From a virus (lineage: Duplodnaviria > Caudoviricetes), in IMG/VR virus record IMGVR_UViG_3300046011_010468, positions 1-56,528 of that record: a stretch of DNA of 56,528 nt; one strand, given 5' to 3'. Below the pieces are notes generated by a model. The model was given only the letters and a program-made list of their open reading frames with translations, was not told the origin of the DNA and searched no databases. Within the stretch, counting starts at the first letter, position 1; each line of letters begins with the position of its first letter. Position numbers and translations under genes: made by a program. This document shows positions 1-6,276 of this stretch, piece by piece.

Positions 1-712
1 CGTTGAAGTCGGCGAGGGCTTTGGCCGCTGGACCTTGTGACGGTGACGGAGGTGTCACGCGTGACGTGACGTTATTCGTGACGTTATTCGTCACGGGTGG
101 TGTCATGGCGCTGGCGACGGTGGGAAGTTGGACAGCGGGCGGGGCTGCGGGATTGCGGGCGGTTTGGCGTGGCACCTGAGCCTGGGCGGTTTTCAGGGCG
201 GCGAGGGTTTGGGCGGCGGGTTGGCCGTCGATAGTGCCTCCTGGGCGTGGTGCGGCCGGGCGTTTGAGCGTGGGGGGCAGCACGGACGGACTGGATGGAC
301 CGGGTTGACCGGGTTGACCGGATTGACCTGGTTGACTGGTGGGGGTGTCTGGCTGCCAGATGGAGGAGCCGGGGCTGTGGCCGGGGATGAGTTTGCCGCC
401 GGGTTTGACGGCGGCGGGAGCGGGCGCGGTAATGTTGCCGGCGGCGTCCATGCTGTGGCCGGTGGCGGCTCCGGCCTGGTTGTAGGCGGCGACTTTGGCG
501 TCGAAGGTGCCGTCGGTGCGGGCGGCGAGGATGTTATCCCGGCGGTTCGGAGGGGTGACTCCGGGCATGGCTGGAGAGGTCATGCCATTGTCCATGCGGG
601 CGCGGAAATCGCCCCGCGTTTCATCGCGGCGGCGGACTCCGCCGACTGGAGTGTTGGGGCGGGCGGCCATGCGGGCGGCGTCCTGGGCGACAAGGGTCGA
701 GGTGGTTCTCAT
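1..712 (-). CDS. Pro/Ala/Gln-rich protein, runs off the window start (possible internal virion/ejection protein)
   Basis: Not in the ORF track. ATG at 712 overlaps the stop of the 709-993 ORF (ATGA). I read the frame open to base 1 (MRTTSTLVAQDAARMAARP...AKALADFN). Confidence 0.7.
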   Translation of the reverse strand, partial: MRTTSTLVAQDAARMAARPNTPVGGVRRRDETRGDFRARMDNGMTSPAMPGVTPPNRRDNILAARTDGTFDAKVAAYNQAGAATGHSMDAAGNITAPAPAAVKPGGKLIPGHSPGSSIWQPDTPTSQPGQSGQPGQPGPSSPSVLPPTLKRPAAPRPGGTIDGQPAAQTLAALKTAQAQVPRQTARNPAAPPAVQLPTVASAMTPPVTNNVTNNVTSRVTPPSPSQGPAAKALADFN

Positions 713-993
713 GGCTTGGGTTTGAGCTTGTGGGTGGCGGTGAGCTTGTCCCGGCGGCAGGCGGTGACGATCTCGTGGAGGCCGTGGTAGGTGGCGATGT
801 CTTTGGGTGAGGGAGACTCGCCTTTGGCGTGGGCGGCGAGGATGGAGACGGCGGCGGTGTCGTAGGCTTTGAAGAGCTTGGGGGCCAGCCATTGGGTGAA
901 GCCGTGGCAGCGCTCCAGCGACTCGATGTGGGCGAGGGTGCGGGAGGCGTCGGACTGCTCGGCGGCGGTTTTGAGCTGTTGCGGCGTTGCCAT
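709..993 (-). CDS. Small helical protein downstream of portal
   Basis: 94 aa, starts immediately after the portal stop; typical position of a small conserved head-associated gene. Confidence 0.7.
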   Translation of the reverse strand: MATPQQLKTAAEQSDASRTLAHIESLERCHGFTQWLAPKLFKAYDTAAVSILAAHAKGESPSPKDIATYHGLHEIVTACRRDKLTATHKLKPKP

Positions 994-3186
994 TTAGATC
1001 GCGGGCTGGGGTGGTTCGGTGGGGGCTGGAGTGGCTCCGGGGGTGGCACCGGGGCCGGTGGGTGGGATGAGGGCCATGAGAGGCGCGATGACCTGGTCGG
1101 CGTTTTTGATGCCGTTGGCCTTGAGGATCTGGCGGAAGAGCGGGGCGAGGCGGGCCTGCACCTCGACGTTCGGCTGGGCGTAGTAGTTGGTGGCGGCGTT
1201 GGCGGCCTGGCTGTTCTGTTGGAGTTCCTGCTCCCCTCGGTATTTGGTGAGCTGGAGGTCCACGTCGAGGGTGAGGTTCTTCACCTCGTTGGGCTTGATG
1301 GTGGAGAGGGAGCCGAGGTTGCCATCGAAGAAGCGGAAGGTTTTGGTGCTCTGCAAATTGGCGGCGGCGAGGAGCATGAGCGACTTCAAAATGTCGCGGA
1401 TGCCGGCGCGGAGGTCGGATACCATTTTGTCGGTGAGTTCCTGGCCAGACTTCTCCATGTTGCGGACGCCGGTGGCGAGCTTGGTGGTGTCGAGGCCGAG
1501 GGCTTGGCCGTCGTTGACGTTGCTGACACCACTCATGTTCATGGCGATTTGCATGAGGAACTCGATCATCTCACGGAGCGGCTGGCCTTTGGTGTCGTAA
1601 ATGTCCACCTGCTGCACGGTTTCGGCGAGGGTTTTGCCGGGCTTGAGGTGGAGCGTTTCGCCGCCGTTGAGTTCGAGGTCGGGGTCGGCTTCGCCCTCGG
1701 TGGTGTTCTCTGGCTGCCAGGCGATGATTTTGCCGCTGCGGGACATGGAGAACTGCCAGCGGTTGAAGAGGAGGTCGATGGCGGTCTGGAGCGGCTCGAA
1801 CAGCTCGGCGAGGCCTTGGCCGTGGGCGCGGCCGGGGATTTTGTTGATGGTGGGCAGGCGGTAGGGGCGGCGTTTGTCGGGCGTGATGTTCTCGATGTAG
1901 TCGTAGAACAGCGGCACGGTGCCGTCACGTGTCATGATGAGCAGGATGTTGCCCTGGTTGCCGGTGTTGAGGGCGTCATACCAGAGGCAGAAGCGGGACC
2001 AGTTCACCTGCGGCTCACGTTTGTCGGTGCCGAGGCTGTCGAGCGGTTCATTGAGGTCGGCTCGGCCTTTGTTCGTGGCGGCTTGTGCCTCGGGGGTGGC
2101 GACGGTGAGGAGACGGTGGGTGAGGTTGCTGACATACTCCATGACCTGGTCCGGGGCCACGTCGTCGAGGGTGAGCAGGCGGTGGACGAGGGTGATGAGC
2201 GGCTCGTCGTAGTGGTGGACGGTTGTGTCTGCGAGTTCGAGGTTTTTGCAGTTGAGCGGGTAGAGGAAATCCGAGGGCAGCAGGATTTCGGCCTGGGGTC
2301 CTTCTTCGACGATGGTCCTGCGCCAGATGATCTGCTGCTGGTAGTTCTCTGTCCCTGGGTGCGGAGTGGTGCCGTCGCGCTTGAGCACGAGCTGGCCGGT
2401 GGGCTGCATGATTGGCTGACCGGTGGCGGGGTCTGCGGCGGGCTGCTGGGTGGCTGGATCAATGACGGGGGCCTGCTGCTCGATGAATTCGTCCTCGCCC
2501 TGGATGATGTAGTCGCCATCGGTGCCGACGACGGGCTGGCCGTCCGGTCCGAGGAGGATGGCTTTTTCGGACTGGTAGTAGGAGACGCGTTTTTGATGGA
2601 ACAACGACACGGGGCATTCGCCGCAGATGACGACACGCTCAATGATGCTGGCGAGGCTGCCTTTGGTGTCGTTTTCGGAGTCGAGGACGTGGCGGAGCCA
2701 TTTATCGAGGCGGTCGGCGAGGTCGGCGTCCTCAATTCCCACGTCGTAGGCGGCGAAGTAGGGGTCTGAGCCGAGGTAGTAGTTGATCATGCGGGCGATG
2801 ACCTGCTGGAGGATGCGCCGCGTGAGGGGGATGTGGAGATTGGAGTCCGCGAAGATGCCGCCGAGCACGGCGGAGCGATATTCGAAGCGCATCTGGTAGG
2901 ACATGAGGGCCATGTGGCGGGTGTCGAGGTGCCGCCGGCGGAAGGTGCCGTCTGCGTCGAAGGCGGAGGCGTGCCAGTTCGGTGAGTCGAAGTCGCGGAG
3001 GCCGAGTTCGTCGGCGAGTTCATCGGCGCGGTTCTTCGCGTGGATGAGGAGCGCGTCCTCCTGCGCCCGGTTCATGGACTTCGACAAGGGCGAGGGGATG
3101 AGCACGCGGGGCTTGTCTGGGTCTGGCTCCAGGAGCGGGGGTAGCTTGGAGGCGAGGGCCTGGGCCTGTGGCAGAGCGGAATCCAT
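994..3186 (-). CDS. Portal protein (P22/podovirus-type)
   Basis: About 730 aa with portal-like segments RRPY...IPGRAHGQGLAELFEPLQTAIDLLFN and MSGVSNVNDGQ...KLATGV, and a Q/P-rich tail. Start placed at MDSALP (3186) or MPRM (3195); the track's 3387 start translates a tandem repeat. Confidence 0.75.
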   Translation of the reverse strand: MDSALPQAQALASKLPPLLEPDPDKPRVLIPSPLSKSMNRAQEDALLIHAKNRADELADELGLRDFDSPNWHASAFDADGTFRRRHLDTRHMALMSYQMRFEYRSAVLGGIFADSNLHIPLTRRILQQVIARMINYYLGSDPYFAAYDVGIEDADLADRLDKWLRHVLDSENDTKGSLASIIERVVICGECPVSLFHQKRVSYYQSEKAILLGPDGQPVVGTDGDYIIQGEDEFIEQQAPVIDPATQQPAADPATGQPIMQPTGQLVLKRDGTTPHPGTENYQQQIIWRRTIVEEGPQAEILLPSDFLYPLNCKNLELADTTVHHYDEPLITLVHRLLTLDDVAPDQVMEYVSNLTHRLLTVATPEAQAATNKGRADLNEPLDSLGTDKREPQVNWSRFCLWYDALNTGNQGNILLIMTRDGTVPLFYDYIENITPDKRRPYRLPTINKIPGRAHGQGLAELFEPLQTAIDLLFNRWQFSMSRSGKIIAWQPENTTEGEADPDLELNGGETLHLKPGKTLAETVQQVDIYDTKGQPLREMIEFLMQIAMNMSGVSNVNDGQALGLDTTKLATGVRNMEKSGQELTDKMVSDLRAGIRDILKSLMLLAAANLQSTKTFRFFDGNLGSLSTIKPNEVKNLTLDVDLQLTKYRGEQELQQNSQAANAATNYYAQPNVEVQARLAPLFRQILKANGIKNADQVIAPLMALIPPTGPGATPGATPAPTEPPQPAI

Positions 3187-3217
3187 GCGGGGCATGGTGG
3201 GTGGCAGAATGGCGGAA

Positions 3218-3241
3218 TGGCAAGAGGGTTTTGTTGCGTCA
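3218..3241 (-). promoter_or_regulatory. Conserved box TGACGCAACAAAACCC plus -35-like TTGCCA upstream of portal
   Basis: 15/16 identical to boxes at 8231 and 31224; same 2-nt spacing to a TTG hexamer as at 8231. Confidence 0.65.
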
Positions 3242-3293
3242 GTGGGAGAAATGCGGTATGGTGTGGGACCATGAAACGCCCCCTTCGTGAGTT

Positions 3294-3361
3294 TGACCGG
3301 ATGCCTGACCGGATGCCTGACCGGATGCCTGACCGGATGCCTGACCGGATGCCTGACCGGA
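3294..3361. repeat. Perfect 12-bp tandem repeat (TGACCGGATGCC) x about 5.6
   Basis: Directly visible; no spacers; intergenic. Confidence 0.95.
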
Positions 3362-3373
3362 GGTGTGGGGATT

Positions 3374-3516
3374 TGTGGAACATCCAAAGATCACGCGACC
3401 TCTGGGGCGCGTGGCCAGTGACAACTTTCAAGCACCTCAAAATATGATCAAAGAAAATCAACTTCCTGAGTCCGACAGCCGAGCCCCAGATGGTCGCATT
3501 TATCCGCTTGTTCTGG
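3374..3516 (+). mobile_element. attC-like site 0
   Basis: AAC 3379-81; GAT-CAC-GCGACCTCTGGGGC (3389-3408) pairs with GCCCCAGA-t-GGTCGC-attt-ATC (3483-3504); GTT at 3510-12. The long loop contains ATG 3444. Confidence 0.6.
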
Positions 3517-3923
3517 AATCGAAGCCACCAAGCGTTGAAGAACCCTGTGAAGATGGGTTGGATGAGACGGCTTATTCTCGGTTGCGCCGAACGCTATGCA
3601 ACGTCCTTCTTGCTCTAGGAAATGGTGCTGCGTGTTCGCAAGATGCGTCTATCGAGTTCATGGAGATGATCCCCGCCGAAGTGGAAGCGGTGCGCAAAAA
3701 GTGGGAACGGAACCATAGCCGGGAGTTGGCGCATGCCCGCAAAGCGGAAGCCGCCCTCGCTGATGCCGCGCAACTGCTGGCGGAAATCATGCGCGACGAG
3801 GTGAACCACCAGGACGAGGCCGAGAAGTGGCTGAGAGCTTACGCTCCGCAGCATCTTTTTCCCGAGAACGACAAGGCTGAGGCACTGAGCCTTAGCGAAG
3901 CTGATCCTCTAGCCGCTGGTTAG
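3444..3923 (+). CDS. Hypothetical protein (cassette 1)
   Basis: 159 aa from MIKENQ. Starts inside attC-like site 0, reads through attC-like site 1 and stops at the TAG in G|TTAG. Confidence 0.7.
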   Translation: MIKENQLPESDSRAPDGRIYPLVLESKPPSVEEPCEDGLDETAYSRLRRTLCNVLLALGNGAACSQDASIEFMEMIPAEVEAVRKKWERNHSRELAHARKAEAALADAAQLLAEIMRDEVNHQDEAEKWLRAYAPQHLFPENDKAEALSLSEADPLAAG

Positions 3924-3925
3924 CT
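3862..3925 (+). mobile_element. attC-like site 1
   Basis: AAC 3867-69, 5-nt spacer, GGCTGAGG pairs with CCTC-t-AGCC (3906-14), 4-nt spacer, GTTAGCT 3919-25. Confidence 0.7.
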
Positions 3926-3995
3926 GGCTGGTTTTGAGCTTTAAAAACGCGACAGCGCAAAGGTGATGAAAATAAATCAAATCTCCATTTGCTAT

Positions 3996-4009
3996 CCCAA
4001 GCGCTTGGG
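3996..4009. promoter_or_regulatory. Palindromic operator CCCAAGCGCTTGGG in the cassette 2 promoter
   Basis: Perfect 14-bp palindrome between TTGCTA (3989-94) and an AT-rich -10-like stretch. Confidence 0.6.
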
Positions 4010-4052
4010 TTATTTATACAGGGTCAGACCAAACCGCAACTCACCCAAATAT

Positions 4053-4250
4053 ATGAAAACACCACGCTACAAAGTCGAATACAACGTCTCTACCGGAGAC
4101 ATCCACGAAGTCGCTCAATTCACGAACAAGGCTAAAGCCATCGCTGAGGCCAAGTGGAGGTTCAAAACCGAAAATAACGACGCTGGCACCGAATGGCGCG
4201 TCTATGACGAAGAGGCTGGCAAACTCATCTACCGCAGCGAAAAAGCATGA
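4053..4250 (+). CDS. Small hypothetical protein (cassette 2)
   Basis: 65 aa from MKTPRYKVEY; its stop overlaps the next ATG. Confidence 0.7.
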   Translation: MKTPRYKVEYNVSTGDIHEVAQFTNKAKAIAEAKWRFKTENNDAGTEWRVYDEEAGKLIYRSEKA

Positions 4251-4396
4251 ACAATGCCGCCCAACAACTCGGACGCCTCGGAGGCCGCAAAACCTCCGAG
4301 GCAAAAGCCGCCGCAGCAAAAGCAAACGGTGCAAAGGGTGGACGGCCTCGGAAGACACCGAATGCCGAGACGCCTTCTGAGCCAGCTAACGACTAA
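4247..4396 (+). CDS. Small basic GG/KGGRP-motif putative DNA-binding protein (cassette 2)
   Basis: Not in the ORF track. MNNAAQQLGRLGGRKTSEAKAAAAKANGAKGGRPRKTPNAETPSEPAND*, 49 aa; ATGA-coupled; the stop lies within attC-like site 2. Confidence 0.75.
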   Translation: MNNAAQQLGRLGGRKTSEAKAAAAKANGAKGGRPRKTPNAETPSEPAND

Positions 4397-4480
4397 GTGC
4401 TGGCACCACCATGAGCGCAAACGACTTACTTTTCACGCTGGACTCCGCCGCTCATGGTGGTTGTCCAGCCACGTCTTGGA
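4380..4480 (+). mobile_element. attC-like site 2
   Basis: AGCCAGCTAAC (4380-90) is the exact reverse complement of GTTAGCTGGCT (3919-29). GCTGGCACCACCATGAGCG (4399-4417) pairs with CGCTCATGGTGGTtgtCCAGC (4449-69). The right core is degenerate (G|GA). Confidence 0.7.
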
Positions 4481-4588
4481 CTGTGTTGAATTTGTATGCG
4501 GGCCTGGGCGGGAATCGGAAGCACTGGAACGCCAAGGTGACAGCCGTTGAACGCCAACCGGACATTGCGGCGGCCTATGCTGCGCGTT
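4411..4588 (+). pseudogene. N-terminal fragment of a C5-cytosine DNA methyltransferase, truncated by cassette 3
   Basis: VLNLYAGLGGNRKHW...VTAVE..PDIAAAY matches SAM-binding motifs I-II; similarity ends at the GTT at 4586. Confidence 0.7.
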
Positions 4589-4723
4589 CTGCTCCTTGCG
4601 GAGTCTTGCGGCCTTTCGAGCTTCTTGCAGCGCGGCTTGTTGCTCTGGCGTGATCTTGCGGCGGCTTGCTTTGCCGCCTTTGCTGCCGATCTCAGCGAGG
4701 TATTTCTTGAGGTCTTTTTTCAT
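4433..4723 (-). CDS. Small basic KGG-motif putative DNA-binding protein (cassette 3)
   Basis: KYLAEIGSKGGKASRR. The C-terminal half past 4586 is probably read-through across the cassette junction. Confidence 0.65.
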   Translation of the reverse strand: MKKDLKKYLAEIGSKGGKASRRKITPEQQAALQEARKAARLRKEQNAQHRPPQCPVGVQRLSPWRSSASDSRPGPHTNSTQSKTWLDNHHERRSPA

Positions 4724-4911
4724 GCCTTCGAGAGATCGACGCCAGTTTTCCAGTTAGCCACGAATATGCGCAGCAGGATAGCCATCGGGAAGGATGCGCC
4801 TCGCTTTTCGAGGTATGCCATGAGCGACGGAACGCAGTCAGAAGGCACGCGGACTACTGATTCGAGCACTCCATTGACGGAGATTTCCGCCACCGATTCA
4901 GAGGCTTGCAT
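4720..4911 (-). CDS. Small hypothetical protein (cassette 3)
   Basis: 63 aa, overlapping neighbours on the same strand. Confidence 0.5.
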   Translation of the reverse strand: MQASESVAEISVNGVLESVVRVPSDCVPSLMAYLEKRGASFPMAILLRIFVANWKTGVDLSKA

Positions 4912-5104
4912 TGTAGTCTGCCTCCTGGATGAGATTGTTGATGCGTGATGCCTCCGACCAGTCAGTTGACCGAGGGCAGGCGCGAAGGATGCGGGCGGCC
5001 TGAGTGTATAGGCGGCGGGCCTGCTCAGGGGTTGAGTCGCACCGATCAGCGGTGGACATAAGGGCTTTGGCGTCGGCGATGTATTCAGCGTTCATGTGTG
5101 TCAT
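4898..5104 (-). CDS. Small hypothetical protein (cassette 3)
   Basis: 68 aa, first gene after the palindromic promoter region. Confidence 0.6.
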   Translation of the reverse strand: MTHMNAEYIADAKALMSTADRCDSTPEQARRLYTQAARILRACPRSTDWSEASRINNLIQEADYNASL

Positions 5105-5108
5105 GTTA

Positions 5109-5125
5109 TCATAAGCCGCTTATGA
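5109..5125. promoter_or_regulatory. Palindromic operator TCATAAGC-c-GCTTATGA in the cassette 3 promoter
   Basis: 8-bp inverted repeat directly upstream of the 5104 start; shares an AAGC/GCTT core with the 3996 palindrome. Confidence 0.6.
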
Positions 5126-5156
5126 CGCAAGCGGTATTTTGAAGGTTCTCACCAAC

Positions 5157-5218
5157 GGAGCAGAACAATGAGATGCAGTCCAACGGGGCTAAGGCCCCGT
5201 GGCTGATCTCAAGCGACT
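5157..5218 (+). mobile_element. attC-like site 3
   Basis: GGAGCAGAAC (5157-66) is the exact reverse complement of GTTCTGCTCC (4586-95). Stem GAGAT-g-CAG-t-CC-a-ACGGGGC / GCCCCGT-GG-CTG-ATCTC has single-base bulges. The right end is G|ACT. Confidence 0.72.
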
Positions 5219-5459
5219 CACATCCTGGATGCCGGTGGTGGAGTTGCCGAGGATTCCTCGGCAGGTGGATGCGGCACTGCTGCGCGACTCACATCCTGGA
5301 TGCCGGGGTAATGTGCGTGACGTGCAGAGCCTGCTGGGGCATGCGAGATTGGAGACGACGATGATTTACGTGTATGGGGACGGAGAGCGGGTGAGGAGTC
5401 CGCTGGACACGCTGGCGGACTTGCCTGTGAATGTGGTGCCGTTTCAGCAGGCGGCTTGA
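5213..5459 (+). pseudogene. C-terminal relic of an integron-integrase-like tyrosine recombinase
   Basis: MRHCCATHILDAG in one frame, then NVRDVQSLLGHARLETTMIYV...VRSPLD after a frameshift near 5306; 23-bp duplication at 5213-35 / 5284-5306. Confidence 0.8.
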
Positions 5460-5501
5460 GAGGTGGACAACAGGGCGGAGTGATGCCTATGAGCAGGGAT
5501 T

Positions 5502-6272
5502 GTGGCGAAGAAAACGAGCCAGAAGCCCCCAGCCAACCCCCGCACCGAGCCTGTGCCTATGAGCACAGTGGCGGTGCCGTCGTCTCTCGGTAAGGGGGAA
5601 GTGAGGCTTTACGATTTGAGAAAAAGCAGCCTGCCGGAGGTGGCTGTGCCGCCTCCCGAGGCGGAACTGGCAGACTGGGCGTTTTGGCTGGTTCATTTCC
5701 CGTCCCGCCGTTGTGCGCCGGTGAAGGGAGATCGCGGCGAAGCGCTGGCGGTGATGAAAAAGCTGGGGCGCGGGCAGGATGTGGCGGGTGTTTTGCCTGT
5801 GAAACCCGCCAAAGAGTCGCGTGCGCGGGCGTGTGTGTGTGTGCAGGATGGGGAGCAGCAGGAGCCAAAGCCGCCGGCGAACCGGATGGCTTACACGCCG
5901 GTGCCGGAGGGTGCGGACTTTGACCAGGCGATGGCGCATGTGTTTCCGGTGGCGAGGCTGACGCAGCATTTTGAGCGCCTCCTCATGGCGGAGGAGGAGA
6001 TTTACGACAAGGAGGGGAACTGCACCGGCTCCAAGCCGGCGTTCACGACGCAATTCCAGACGCTCAAGGCGCTGACTGAATGGCACCAAGGGAGGCCACG
6101 GGAGAGGGAAAAGAAAAAGGAGGCGAGGCCGGTGCTGGGCATCCAGGAGCTGCGGCAGAAGCTGCTCATCTCCCCGGAATACCGGCAGGCCATGCTGGAG
6201 ATGATCCGCGACTGCGAGGCACAGGCGGCGGCGATGGCAGGCGGCGGCACCAAACCCCCGGTGGGAGGCTGA
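5502..6272 (+). CDS. Putative terminase small subunit
   Basis: 256 aa directly upstream of the large subunit; positional call only. Confidence 0.45.
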   Translation: MAKKTSQKPPANPRTEPVPMSTVAVPSSLGKGEVRLYDLRKSSLPEVAVPPPEAELADWAFWLVHFPSRRCAPVKGDRGEALAVMKKLGRGQDVAGVLPVKPAKESRARACVCVQDGEQQEPKPPANRMAYTPVPEGADFDQAMAHVFPVARLTQHFERLLMAEEEIYDKEGNCTGSKPAFTTQFQTLKALTEWHQGRPREREKKKEARPVLGIQELRQKLLISPEYRQAMLEMIRDCEAQAAAMAGGGTKPPVGG

Positions 6273-6276
6273 ACCC

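Noticed and set aside
829-2769. Long + strand ORF (646 aa), and similar ones at 9546-11048 (-), 35238-37886 (+) and 47742-50318 (+)
   Set aside because: Antisense shadows of real genes (portal, capsid, giant protein) caused by high-GC codon bias; no motifs.
3294-3361. Possible CRISPR array
   Set aside because: 12-bp units with no spacers; no cas genes.
3187-3387. N-terminal extension of the portal (VRHP repeats) as in the ORF track
   Set aside because: It translates the tandem repeat and promoter box; the downstream ATG at 3186/3195 fits the promoter.
5199-5459. Functional second integrase
   Set aside because: Only the C-terminal part is present, frameshifted, and it lacks the first catalytic Arg region.
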